This document shows, one piece after another, positions 36,699 through 45,665 of a stretch of 64,000 nucleotides of DNA. This DNA comes from a virus (lineage: Duplodnaviria; Caudoviricetes): the IMG/VR virus record IMGVR_UViG_3300027759_000043; one strand, written 5' to 3'. Every line of letters starts with the position of its first letter. The first letter of the stretch is position 1. The notes beneath the pieces are model-generated. The model saw only the letters and a program-made list of their open reading frames with translations, was not told where the DNA came from and did not search any database. The position numbers and the translations under genes were made by a program.

Positions 36699-37892
36699 AT
36701 GGCAACTGCCACACAAACCTACGCGGCTATAAAGAATGCCCGCTACACAAACTCCTCCTCTAATCTTGTTGACCTAGTGCAACGCTACAACGACACTGTT
36801 GCCGCATTGCCAGTACAAGCACGCCGCAACCATCAAGCCAAACTCACCAAAGCACTAGCAACATTTAAAAAGAACAACCCCGGACTCAAAAGCATTAACG
36901 ATCCCAAGTTTCGTTTGTGCAAGAGCATTTCGGTCAAACTTAAAAGCATTCAAATTGACACCACCATGCAACGAGAACCTAACTTGCAGTGGGTTATCAC
37001 CATTATCGAGAACTTCCGTGCATACCAAGCACAACCTATTCAGGTGTATGCTGTTGGCACCGCTGGTTATGGTGCGTGGGATGGCCAGCACACTAGCCTT
37101 GCACTTTACTTGATTGCCACACATGGTCTGGGCATGAACTTTGACGATGTTGAAGTACCTATCAACATTTACGACATTGTAAGCCGTGGCGAGATTCGTG
37201 GTAACTTTATTAACAACAACACCACAGTGGGCAAGAATGCAGGTAAGAAGCCACTGGACATTATTGATATTTGGGTACAAATGATCTATGGTGTAGAAGT
37301 TGACGGTGTTACTGAACCGGAGTGGGTTATTGCCCATGCCAAGTGGAAAGCAATTGCTGACGCTGGTATGTTTTTGACTGCTGAAAAGTTCAATGACACT
37401 GAAGAACCGGGTGCCATTAGTCGTCTCAATGAGATCGCTGACGAAAGCATTTCAGTTGATACTGTTAAACGATTTGCGGTATATGGCAAATATGTTGTGG
37501 ACCTGCAACAACGACACATTAACACTAAGGAAATTCCTGTTATCATGGAATTGCTTAAATTGTGTCAGCAACAAGACATTGAATGGGATGACGCCACTAT
37601 TGAAGATTTGGCTCAGCATTGTGTGGATTTGTTTGGCGCTAATTTTGACGCCGGGGGACAGTTTTGGAAACAGGCCCATCAGGCCACAATCAATGCTTAC
37701 AACAAAGCCAACAGAGGCAACCCAACGCACTTGTGGCCCACTGCCCCTAAAAATAACAAGAATGTTGCTCAAGGTATTTCGTTTTTGTGGCATCAACTGA
37801 TAACATCGTGGGTGCCTCAGCAAGGCAACGGGTTTAAGTTCCCCAAGCAACCATTCTCGGTGTACACACCTGATGCCAAGGACTTGTTCTAA
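36699..37892 (+). CDS. ParB/Srx-like (DGQH motif) domain protein
   Basis: AAGGA RBS; IQIDTTMQR, PIQV, AWDGQHT. Confidence 0.7.
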   Translation: MATATQTYAAIKNARYTNSSSNLVDLVQRYNDTVAALPVQARRNHQAKLTKALATFKKNNPGLKSINDPKFRLCKSISVKLKSIQIDTTMQREPNLQWVITIIENFRAYQAQPIQVYAVGTAGYGAWDGQHTSLALYLIATHGLGMNFDDVEVPINIYDIVSRGEIRGNFINNNTTVGKNAGKKPLDIIDIWVQMIYGVEVDGVTEPEWVIAHAKWKAIADAGMFLTAEKFNDTEEPGAISRLNEIADESISVDTVKRFAVYGKYVVDLQQRHINTKEIPVIMELLKLCQQQDIEWDDATIEDLAQHCVDLFGANFDAGGQFWKQAHQATINAYNKANRGNPTHLWPTAPKNNKNVAQGISFLWHQLITSWVPQQGNGFKFPKQPFSVYTPDAKDLF

Positions 37893-37893
37893 T

Positions 37894-38445
37894 ATGACTA
37901 CATTAATGGAACGTGTCGGTGGGTTCACGCAAACAAAACTCACACCGGTCAAGCGTGGCGGCGCTAGTTATGATGCAACATATCGATGGGCTGTAACTAA
38001 AATTACTGATGCTGTTGCAAAATACAAAGCACACACTGTTGAAGATCAATATGCACGATTGCTTCGCGACGACATAGAGTTTGCTTTGCGTCGATATCAA
38101 AACTATGCAATTAAAGAAAACATTGGCGCTCACTATTTTGAAAAAGGTCTACGGTCTGGTGTCAAAACAGAGTTTGAGCATGTGATTCCGGCCAGGGTGG
38201 CTCGTGACTTGTTGTTGCGTGACCGTCTCACAATTGGAGAAGCACTTGATATCCCAACTTGTCGCTTGAGTGCCACAAAACACAAGAAGTTGAACTCAAC
38301 CAAGTTGGGTTCAACTACACCGGACATTTATTGGTTTTGGCAACGCTATCAATCCTTGGGTATTAAACTTGAAACATATGATGGCACCCCAGTTGACATG
38401 GCCACATGGAATCTAGACAGTCATTACACGTATTTCAAAGTGTAA
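37894..38445 (+). CDS. Putative HNH-like nuclease
   Basis: EFEHVIP motif followed by C.LS...H..LN. Confidence 0.55.
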   Translation: MTTLMERVGGFTQTKLTPVKRGGASYDATYRWAVTKITDAVAKYKAHTVEDQYARLLRDDIEFALRRYQNYAIKENIGAHYFEKGLRSGVKTEFEHVIPARVARDLLLRDRLTIGEALDIPTCRLSATKHKKLNSTKLGSTTPDIYWFWQRYQSLGIKLETYDGTPVDMATWNLDSHYTYFKV

Positions 38446-38527
38446 TACTCAAGTACTACCATATTTTTGGTTGACCAATAATTGCCCATTTGCTATAATA
38501 TACGCATAGACAGCAAAAAGGAGCCCA
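38442..38527 (+). promoter_or_regulatory. Palindrome plus sigma70 promoter/RBS cassette
   Basis: GTAATACT-CA-AGTACTAC, 11 nt, TTGACC-17-TATAAT; identical to the 25058-25116 copy. Confidence 0.85.
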
Positions 38528-38529
38528 GT

Positions 38530-38760
38530 ATGGGATACAAGGTAATTGCAGATCGTTTTGAAACAGACATGATGCGCCAAAAATATGGCCCCCGCAAAGG
38601 GCTTGAAGGTCCGTTCATGTATGCGTCGGGTCGTGTGCTCTACTATGATCCTCGAGAGGGCCGGTACTGGGATCCACGTACTGACTTTTATGTTAGTAAC
38701 GAAGAAATGGATGCTGAACACGGCATTCTTGTGCAACGTCTTGTAGATTTTCAAAGGTAA
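38530..38760 (+). CDS. Hypothetical early protein
   Basis: AAGGAG RBS; LEGPF..ASGRVLYYDPREG.YWDP.TD. Confidence 0.7.
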   Translation: MGYKVIADRFETDMMRQKYGPRKGLEGPFMYASGRVLYYDPREGRYWDPRTDFYVSNEEMDAEHGILVQRLVDFQR

Positions 38761-38764
38761 TATT

Positions 38765-39181
38765 TTGCTTTATTTTGCTTATGGTATGAACACAAATCGG
38801 ACAGGCATGTCTCAGCGATGCCCCGGCGCCCTTAGCCTTGGCCATGCTCGCTTGATTGACAGGTGCTTTAGATTTGCCAATCACGCAGATGTGATCAAAT
38901 GCAAGGGCGCCTACGTGGATGGCGTGCTATGGGCTATTGACGATTTTCACTTGAAAAGTCTAGACAGTTTAGAGGGTTATCCTTTTTACTACAATCGCAG
39001 AGCCTTGCGTGTGGCACATGAAGATCGTGTTGTGATGGCAGAAACTTATTTTATGCAACCCGGCAATTTGGATGCTTGGCCCAGTCAGCACTATTTTGAC
39101 ATGGTGGTTGAAGGCTATCGGGAACACAATGTGCCCACAGAACAACTGTTTAATAGTGTGTACGAAAGTACTACATTTTAA
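38765..39181 (+). CDS. Gamma-glutamylcyclotransferase (AIG2-like) family protein
   Basis: YFAYGMN, GVLW, LDSLEGYP..Y. Confidence 0.85.
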   Translation: MLYFAYGMNTNRTGMSQRCPGALSLGHARLIDRCFRFANHADVIKCKGAYVDGVLWAIDDFHLKSLDSLEGYPFYYNRRALRVAHEDRVVMAETYFMQPGNLDAWPSQHYFDMVVEGYREHNVPTEQLFNSVYESTTF

Positions 39182-39214
39182 AAGGTTGACCAATAATTGC
39201 CCATTTGCTATAAT
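39167..39214 (+). promoter_or_regulatory. Palindrome half-site plus sigma70 promoter
   Basis: AGTACTAC, 11 nt, TTGACCAATAATTGCCCATTTGCTATAAT (same core as 25060 and 38471). Confidence 0.8.
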
Positions 39215-39246
39215 ATGGACATAGAGTAACAAAACAGGAGCCCCAA

Positions 39247-39558
39247 ATGGAAAAACTTAGCACTATTCAGCAAATCAATTCTGCTATCATGTTTGGCACG
39301 TGGACTGACGTAGAACTTCGTAGCATGGCCGATGCTATCCGTTTCAATCAGATCAGCCTTCGCAAGCAGGTCAAACGTAATCTGGACGTGGGCGTTCGAG
39401 TGCGTTGGGTTAGTTCCAAGAACCCCGCAGGTGCTACAGGCAAGGTAACTAAGATTGCTATTAAATATGTCACAGTCCGCAGTGATCGAGACGGTGGTTT
39501 GTGGAAGATCCCTGCTAACATGCTAGAGATCATTGAAGGTCAAATGGCGACAGTATGA
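39247..39558 (+). CDS. Hypothetical early protein (SH3-like C-terminus)
   Basis: AGGAG RBS; VGVRVRW...GKVTKI..KYVTV....GLWKIP. Confidence 0.65.
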   Translation: MEKLSTIQQINSAIMFGTWTDVELRSMADAIRFNQISLRKQVKRNLDVGVRVRWVSSKNPAGATGKVTKIAIKYVTVRSDRDGGLWKIPANMLEIIEGQMATV

Positions 39559-39615
39559 GTACCGCAACGGTTGTGATCATAATTTTATTAATCGAAACAA
39601 TTAGGAATATTTAAT

Positions 39616-40401
39616 ATGCCAGGATTTGTAGACGTAACAAATATGACAGCAAGAGAAGTTCGCATGATGGATCACGCGGCCGACTATGATGAGCCTGCTG
39701 GTTATCAGCCACGTCGTCAATGGAAGTCTCGTGCCAAGCCCGAGGGTGTGAAACATTCTGTGGACAATGTATGGGCGGCGGCAGTGGCGGCACAACGTAT
39801 CAATGGCTCTTATATTAAAGAGACTGTGTACAAGGTTGACCCAGAAATGTCTAGTAATACTGTGATTGATAAACGTCGCAACCGCGATATCATGGTGGAC
39901 ATCCTTGCTAACCCTGCTGTACTTACTGTGGAAGATATTGCACAGGGTCAGGAGTGCCGCAAGTTCTTGCAAAACGACATTACCTTCCGTGCTCTCAAAA
40001 ACAAACTCACAGAGTTCGATGGCTCTGTCAGTAAAGTGCTGGCAGTTGAAGATGACTTTGATACAGTCAAACACAAATTGGAATTGGCTGTGGTTGCGTG
40101 TCTGCCACAAAGTCATACTCGTACACTAGAGCGTCAAGCAGTTCAAGATCGTGTGCGCCAAACATCCGGCGACCATGTGGGCCAGCCCGGCGACAAGGTT
40201 CAACTGGACGTGGAGATCATCAAGTCAAACTACAGTCAGCAATGGAACACTTGGTACGCCACTGCTATTACTCCAGACAATCATGCTGTGTTTTTTGCAT
40301 ACCGCCAAGAACTGGCCAAGGGTGCAAAACACACTATCCAAGGAACCGTCAAGGCTCACAGAGACGGCTCCACTCAACTCAACCGTGTGAGCATTATCTA
40401 A
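39616..40401 (+). CDS. Hypothetical protein with C-terminal OB-like fold
   Basis: HVGQPGDKV.L.V.I...GTVKAH......TQLNRV. Confidence 0.65.
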   Translation: MPGFVDVTNMTAREVRMMDHAADYDEPAGYQPRRQWKSRAKPEGVKHSVDNVWAAAVAAQRINGSYIKETVYKVDPEMSSNTVIDKRRNRDIMVDILANPAVLTVEDIAQGQECRKFLQNDITFRALKNKLTEFDGSVSKVLAVEDDFDTVKHKLELAVVACLPQSHTRTLERQAVQDRVRQTSGDHVGQPGDKVQLDVEIIKSNYSQQWNTWYATAITPDNHAVFFAYRQELAKGAKHTIQGTVKAHRDGSTQLNRVSII

Positions 40402-40410
40402 GGACGCATC

Positions 40411-40539
40411 ATGAGCAAACTCATAATTGGATTCATTTTAGGTCTAGTAGTCAGTGCCGTTGGCTTTTCGGGTATTGCTCGAATGTTTGACAAGGGTGTA
40501 CAGACTATCCAAACACAAAGCAAGGAACTAGCACAATGA
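40411..40539 (+). CDS. Small membrane peptide (42 aa; not in track)
   Basis: AAGGA RBS; MSKLIIGFILGLVVSAVGFSGIA. Confidence 0.55.
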   Translation: MSKLIIGFILGLVVSAVGFSGIARMFDKGVQTIQTQSKELAQ

Positions 40540-40730
40540 CCGAAACAAAAACACCAAACCGTTTTGATCTGGAACAACAAATTTTAGATTGCTGGAAAAT
40601 AACAGACGATCTACGATTGGTTGCTGAGAAAGGCGAACAAGCAGTTGAAGCAGTGGCCGTCTTGTATGAACACAAGTTTGAACAACTGTGGGAAACTTTT
40701 GAATCCATGGTCCACGAAAGAAAAATGTGA
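40536..40730 (+). CDS. Small hypothetical protein
   Basis: RFDLEQQILDCWKITDDL; coupled overlaps. Confidence 0.65.
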   Translation: MTETKTPNRFDLEQQILDCWKITDDLRLVAEKGEQAVEAVAVLYEHKFEQLWETFESMVHERKM

Positions 40731-40909
40731 GTGACATACAAAAACGCATGGCCGAACTCATGGCACCTGTAGATCAACAGATCATGATGTGCGATGATGG
40801 CCATGAGTTGTTGATGATGGCTTGCGCCATGTTACAACGCACCAGAGAACTATTTGACCAAACTCTGGGCGAACAAGGTCGGAAAGAAATGTTTAAGGAC
40901 TTAATATGA
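40727..40909 (+). CDS. Small hypothetical protein
   Basis: Coupled overlaps at both ends. Confidence 0.6.
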   Translation: MSDIQKRMAELMAPVDQQIMMCDDGHELLMMACAMLQRTRELFDQTLGEQGRKEMFKDLI

Positions 40910-41100
40910 AATTCTATGCATGGTTTGTAAAACACCAAGATGTCATATCTGGCTTTGTGTCAGGTATTGCATTGATGACTGCCGCAGATTACTTCGCAAA
41001 AGGTGATATGACGTATGGTTGTTTGAGCCTGTTTGTTTCGGTGGCAAACCTGTTGCTATCAGGCAAAAAAATCGGCCAACCACTTGAGCCAAAATCTTAA
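40906..41100 (+). CDS. Small membrane protein
   Basis: Two hydrophobic segments. Confidence 0.55.
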   Translation: MKFYAWFVKHQDVISGFVSGIALMTAADYFAKGDMTYGCLSLFVSVANLLLSGKKIGQPLEPKS

Positions 41101-41138
41101 TTTTGGTAAAACTCCCCAATCTTTTGTGGCAGAATTGG

Positions 41139-41167
41139 TTGACTAAAAACATCCATTCTGTTACAAT
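41139..41167 (+). promoter_or_regulatory. sigma70-type early promoter
   Basis: TTGACT-17 nt-TACAAT. Confidence 0.75.
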
Positions 41168-41228
41168 TAGATATGTTGTTAACAGCAACATTTTTTTGAA
41201 ACTTAAAGCACTTTGAAAGGCATTTAAA

Positions 41229-41564
41229 ATGGCATCGGAAAAACTTTTTACAGTGGCGGGCACTGCAACAAACCCGGATGGTACTACCAAGGCTCGTTTT
41301 GCAAACGACTTGGTTGCTCGTGTGAAAATCTTGAGCAAGAACAACTGTACCAATATCAACTTGGTTGAGTTGCCCCAGGCAATGAGCAAGTTGGAAGCCT
41401 TGCAGTATTTGCAAGAGCAAGGTATCACTTCAGGTGATGCAGGCTTTGCAGTGGCCAACAAGTTGGCCGAAAAGACCAAGGTCGCCAAGAAGGGCGAGAT
41501 CATGGTAAAGGCCACCAAGGCCACAGTGTCTACTAAATCAGTAGACGCAAAAGTCACTGCCTAA
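41229..41564 (+). CDS. Hypothetical protein with Lys/Ala-rich tail
   Basis: AAAGG RBS; followed by terminator. Confidence 0.7.
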   Translation: MASEKLFTVAGTATNPDGTTKARFANDLVARVKILSKNNCTNINLVELPQAMSKLEALQYLQEQGITSGDAGFAVANKLAEKTKVAKKGEIMVKATKATVSTKSVDAKVTA

Positions 41565-41583
41565 GCGGATGACTTTCCAAAGC

Positions 41584-41609
41584 AACGGCCCTAGAGGCCG
41601 TTTCTTTTT
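41584..41609 (+). terminator. Rho-independent terminator
   Basis: AACGGCC-CTAGA-GGCCGTT plus T-rich tract. Confidence 0.8.
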
Positions 41610-41669
41610 GACCAAAAATATTGTTTTGGTGTAAATAATAATGAGGTCCACTAACTGCGACCCTACTTA

Positions 41670-41915
41670 ATGGCAAAACATAATCGGAACGAGGGCGAGG
41701 CTCTCTATATCATAGTACTCCACGAGTCACAAGCCGAACAGAGATTACGAGATTGGCAAAAACGAAACCCTACTGCATCAGCATCCATTGCCGGTGGCCG
41801 TATGCGATTGTTTGACCAACGTAGTCTCAGTCTGTTTCAAATCAGTTGGCGTGGTAACTGGGATCAAATAACTATCTGGGATACATGGCAACGTCGCCAT
41901 ATTTCAATAGAATAA
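41670..41915 (+). CDS. Small hypothetical protein
   Basis: TAAATA upstream. Confidence 0.55.
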   Translation: MAKHNRNEGEALYIIVLHESQAEQRLRDWQKRNPTASASIAGGRMRLFDQRSLSLFQISWRGNWDQITIWDTWQRRHISIE

Positions 41916-41917
41916 TC

Positions 41918-41946
41918 TTGACATACCGCGTGTAGGCGTATATAAT
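41918..41946 (+). promoter_or_regulatory. sigma70-type early promoter
   Basis: TTGACA-17 nt-TATAAT (perfect consensus). Confidence 0.85.
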
Positions 41947-41952
41947 AGCACT

Positions 41953-42183
41953 ATGTCTACTACACCAATTGTTGTTACTTGGCACCAGGCCTTGCTGTCT
42001 GCGGGCAGTGCCGAATCGGACTCAGTTTGGCAACAGGATCAACTGTTGACGGAATGGATAGGCAACCGCTCAGTTCGTGTGATTGAACTAAACAATCATG
42101 CGTATGAATCAATTGCCAACATAGAAGATCTACCCCCAGTAGATATTGTCATAATCAAGGAGAAATCAAATGACCAATCATGA
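41953..42183 (+). CDS. Small hypothetical protein
   Basis: Directly after consensus promoter. Confidence 0.5.
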   Translation: MSTTPIVVTWHQALLSAGSAESDSVWQQDQLLTEWIGNRSVRVIELNNHAYESIANIEDLPPVDIVIIKEKSNDQS

Positions 42184-42355
42184 ACAAATCGTAGCCGCCT
42201 ACGAAACTTACCTCGCCGAAAACGAGAAATTCACCTCCAAAGGTGTCAAGGCTGCGGCTGCTCGTGCCCGCAAAGCACTACAAGAAATGACCAAAGGCAT
42301 CAAAGAACGCCGTAAAGAAATCACAGCAGAAAAAGAAGCCCTAGCCGCCAAGTAA
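42170..42355 (+). CDS. Histone H1-like (Hc1-type) small basic protein
   Basis: AAGGAG RBS; KGVKAAAARARKALQE...RRKEI. Confidence 0.7.
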   Translation: MTNHEQIVAAYETYLAENEKFTSKGVKAAAARARKALQEMTKGIKERRKEITAEKEALAAK

Positions 42356-42546
42356 TGACAACAGCACAAGTGGTTGAAGATCCAGACCATCCCGGAGAGT
42401 TACTCTTGGATCTGGGTCTTGAATTGTGTGCCCAACTTGGTTGGCAAGTGGGCGACACAATTGAATGGATAGATCAAAAGGACGGCACATGGCTAATGAC
42501 CAAATCAGTCTCGACGAATACATTGCCCAACTCAACACAAGAGTAG
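42355..42546 (+). CDS. AbrB/MazE-like small protein
   Basis: LLLDL..ELCAQLGWQVGDTIEW. Confidence 0.65.
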   Translation: MTTAQVVEDPDHPGELLLDLGLELCAQLGWQVGDTIEWIDQKDGTWLMTKSVSTNTLPNSTQE

Positions 42547-42998
42547 AAGACTTTAAAGTATCTTCTCCAATTAATTTTGGGCAAATGGGTCTTACACCCA
42601 TTGAGCCTTTGACCTACAGTAGTGGCACCAGCGACCCCTACTACGGTGCTGTGCCTAATGTAAATGTTGGCAGTGGTATTAATGTCAGCAGTCCTGTTTG
42701 GACTACCAATACCACTGCTGGCCAGTATAGTTTTTCTGGACAAAACATACAGCCTGGCGGCAAAGTCGTTATCCAAGGTGAGAACGCTGATCTTGTGATA
42801 GGCGACAAAAGTATGAAAGCCTGGATGGAGCGGGTTGAAGAACGTCTCAACATCCTAACACCCAATCCTGAAATGGAGAAGGAATGGGATCAATTGCGTA
42901 AGTTAGGTGCGAGATATCGTAAGTTAGAGAAAAAATGCAAGGAAAAATCAGACATGTGGAACAAACTAAAGGCTATGCCTAAACCGGAGATCAAATGA
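42489..42998 (+). CDS. Conserved hypothetical phage protein
   Basis: ADLVIGDKSM..WMERVEERL.IL.PN..MEKEW. Confidence 0.65.
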   Translation: MANDQISLDEYIAQLNTRVEDFKVSSPINFGQMGLTPIEPLTYSSGTSDPYYGAVPNVNVGSGINVSSPVWTTNTTAGQYSFSGQNIQPGGKVVIQGENADLVIGDKSMKAWMERVEERLNILTPNPEMEKEWDQLRKLGARYRKLEKKCKEKSDMWNKLKAMPKPEIK

Positions 42999-43768
42999 CG
43001 CCCCGACAAAGAATCAAACACATTACCAAATGGATCAAGACCTATGCCAAGAGTGCCAAAATCAACACTTTGGTAGTGGGAATTTCAGGAGGCATCGACT
43101 CCAGTGTGGTATCCACGCTGTGTGCTGAAACAGGACTCAAGACCATTGTAGTCCAAATGCCCATCCGTCAGAATCGAAAACTAGATAATCGCAGTAGTAT
43201 GCAGGCCGACTGGTTGCTGGAACGCTACAAAAACGTCACCTATGTGAGCATGGATCTAACCCCAGTGTTCACAGCATTTGAAAAGAAACTTGAGCCCATT
43301 TGTCGGGACAGCACGGATATAACTTTGGCATTTGCCAACTCACGTGCTAGATTGCGCATGATGACCCTGTATCAAATTGCTCAAAGTTATGGTGGTATTG
43401 TTGTGGGCACAGGCAACCGGGTAGAAGACTTTGGTGTGGGATTTTTTACCAAATACGGTGACGGTGGTGTAGATATTTCGCCCATTGGCGATTGCATGAA
43501 AACTGCTGTGTGGAGCATGGGTCGTGAGTTTGGCTTACCCCAAGAAATTATTGACGCAGAACCTACTGACGGACTCTGGGACGATGGACGCACCGACGAG
43601 GGACAACTAGGCATGACTTACACAGAACTAGAAACCATGATGCAATTGGACGAGGCTGGGTTTGAGCCTGCGCCCAAAGATCGAGGCAAAATGAAACAGT
43701 ATCGAGCAATTCGTGCTAGAAATCTGCACAAGATGGAACCAATTCCTGTGTGCAAAATCACTGAGTAA
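42995..43768 (+). CDS. nadE: NH3-dependent NAD+ synthetase
   Basis: GISGGIDS, ARLRM, GTGN..E..VGFFTKYGDGG, PTDGLW..TDE.QLG. Confidence 0.92.
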   Translation: MTPRQRIKHITKWIKTYAKSAKINTLVVGISGGIDSSVVSTLCAETGLKTIVVQMPIRQNRKLDNRSSMQADWLLERYKNVTYVSMDLTPVFTAFEKKLEPICRDSTDITLAFANSRARLRMMTLYQIAQSYGGIVVGTGNRVEDFGVGFFTKYGDGGVDISPIGDCMKTAVWSMGREFGLPQEIIDAEPTDGLWDDGRTDEGQLGMTYTELETMMQLDEAGFEPAPKDRGKMKQYRAIRARNLHKMEPIPVCKITE

Positions 43769-43850
43769 ACTACGCCGTTTACCTCAAAACGGCACCATTT
43801 CGACCCGGTCTTGGCCTGGTTCTGCAATCAATTGAGTAAGTAAAACTACC

Positions 43851-44426
43851 ATGAAAGCACAAGTAAATCACATCAGCGATCAACTCGCAACATGGAGTCT
43901 ACGAGCCTTCCGAGTCACAGGACTTTGGATTGTGGCTTTAGCAGTAATTACTGTTAGTAACCACAAACTCAATCAACTCCGTTCGGGCATTGAATCAATG
44001 CCTGCTGGTTACGTTTCGGCCACAGAAAAAATCCGTCAACTAGATTGTCTTACACGTAACATCTACTGGGAAGCCGCAAGTGAGCCTTTCGAAGGCAAAG
44101 TTGCTGTGGCCCAAGTCACAATGAACAGACTGGCATCCGGACGCTTTGGCGATAGTGTCTGCGGAGTAATCTATCAAAAAAACGTATTCTACGAACGAGT
44201 AATCTGCCAGTTCTCGTGGGTATGCGAAAGCACACATAAAACTCGGCCAGTGTATCAACCCTTGTGGGCAGAATCAGAATTAGTGGCTAAAAAAGTTCTA
44301 CTGGAAAACTTTAGACTTCCTGGCTTAAAAGGCGCACTTTATTATCACGCAGATTATGTTAGCCCGGGTTGGCAAAAGCCCCGAATTGATAAAATTGGTC
44401 GTCACATCTTTTACGGAGAACGTTAA
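43851..44426 (+). CDS. Cell wall hydrolase (SleB / Hydrolase_2)
   Basis: N-terminal TM; CLTRNIYWEA..E...G..AVAQV..NR, QFSW, ALYYHADYVSP.W. Confidence 0.88.
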   Translation: MKAQVNHISDQLATWSLRAFRVTGLWIVALAVITVSNHKLNQLRSGIESMPAGYVSATEKIRQLDCLTRNIYWEAASEPFEGKVAVAQVTMNRLASGRFGDSVCGVIYQKNVFYERVICQFSWVCESTHKTRPVYQPLWAESELVAKKVLLENFRLPGLKGALYYHADYVSPGWQKPRIDKIGRHIFYGER

Positions 44427-44740
44427 TGCCCTTCAATTTCCCTGTTGCAATTGTTGCCCTTCGTGACTACATTACCAATAGCCTGGCACGACTTAGTGCA
44501 GACACACTGGGTTGGCTTGCCGCTATTGTATTGCATTGTGCAACCCTGCCCAGTTTTCTAGCATTGATGACCGGGCTATCAGATAAAACTCCAAGTTTAG
44601 ACATCATCTTGTTCCTCTGGAGCGGCCTGGTTCTGCTGTTCATGCGAGCAGTGGTCTTGAAAGACATGCTGAACATCATCACCATTGGGTTTGGATTTAT
44701 ACTACAAGCCGGATTCATGGCCTTGATATTATTCAAATGA
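44426..44740 (+). CDS. Small multi-pass membrane protein
   Basis: Three hydrophobic helices; adjacent to the cell wall hydrolase. Confidence 0.65.
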   Translation: MPFNFPVAIVALRDYITNSLARLSADTLGWLAAIVLHCATLPSFLALMTGLSDKTPSLDIILFLWSGLVLLFMRAVVLKDMLNIITIGFGFILQAGFMALILFK

Positions 44741-45234
44741 CCCCGCAAGAGATTGAACAAAAGTTAACTGACTGGATGGTTAACTTTGTTGAAAAGCCTC
44801 ACCCTGGACTGGGTAACTGGTCACCATGCCCTTATGCCAGGCAGGCCAGACTCGCCAATCGGATTGAAATTGTACACTCTGATCATCAAAGATTAATCAC
44901 CACAGTCGAACAGGTGCTACCACTACTGGAAGAAAAAGAAGTTGTGGTGATTTATTTTGATCATACTAAAATTTCTGCTCAGGACTTGGAAAAACTAATT
45001 AAAGTATACAACCAGCAGGTGCTGATGGCAAGGAACTATGTGATCCTTGAGGACCATCCAGATGCTGTAGAATTGGTTAATGGCGTTCACATGAACTTTG
45101 GGCATTGTGGATTATTGGTAATTCAAAAATTAAATAAACTAACAACAGCAAGTGAACAACTCAAATCAAAAGGTTACTATGACACATGGAATCAGTCTGA
45201 ATTGGATCAAGTGGTAACATGGCGAAGTCAATAA
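44737..45234 (+). CDS. DUF1415-like protein
   Basis: PCPYA, LEDHPD, LLVIQ motifs. Confidence 0.55.
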   Translation: MTPQEIEQKLTDWMVNFVEKPHPGLGNWSPCPYARQARLANRIEIVHSDHQRLITTVEQVLPLLEEKEVVVIYFDHTKISAQDLEKLIKVYNQQVLMARNYVILEDHPDAVELVNGVHMNFGHCGLLVIQKLNKLTTASEQLKSKGYYDTWNQSELDQVVTWRSQ

Positions 45235-45665
45235 AATTCTGCAGAATTGATTTATCAAAAACCAATTACGCACTTTATCCCGGTGCCGAACGATTCTCCT
45301 GGTCCAGTGGCCTAGAGCCTTATGAACAAATCTATCGGGACTACTGTGCCCATAAACAGTTTGCGAGTGTGATGCCTTTATTCTTGCAACAGTTTCAGGA
45401 CTCGCACAACGACACACATGTGTATCGAAACGGCACAGACATTGTGGCCTGGAGTCTATGCCGGCGGTGGGATCAGCGCAATGCAGAAAGTCTTCAGTTT
45501 GCCTGGAACTATCATGAACCTGAACTAGAACTGGGCCGACGTAGTCTTGAACACGAGTGCGCATACTACAAACAACTGGGCTATGAGTATCTATATCTAG
45601 GACAGGAGGCCGAATACAAAACTAGATTTGACGGCTACGAACAATTGGGTAAGTTAAATGTATAA
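45219..45665 (+). CDS. GNAT-fold protein resembling the Arg-tRNA-protein transferase C-terminal domain
   Basis: IVAWS, F.WNY.EP...LG..SL..E....K..G..YLYLG....YKTRF. Confidence 0.6.
   Translation: MAKSIKFCRIDLSKTNYALYPGAERFSWSSGLEPYEQIYRDYCAHKQFASVMPLFLQQFQDSHNDTHVYRNGTDIVAWSLCRRWDQRNAESLQFAWNYHEPELELGRRSLEHECAYYKQLGYEYLYLGQEAEYKTRFDGYEQLGKLNV

Noticed and set aside
42170-42546. AbrB-like gene as a toxin-antitoxin pair
   Set aside because: No recognisable toxin gene is adjacent.
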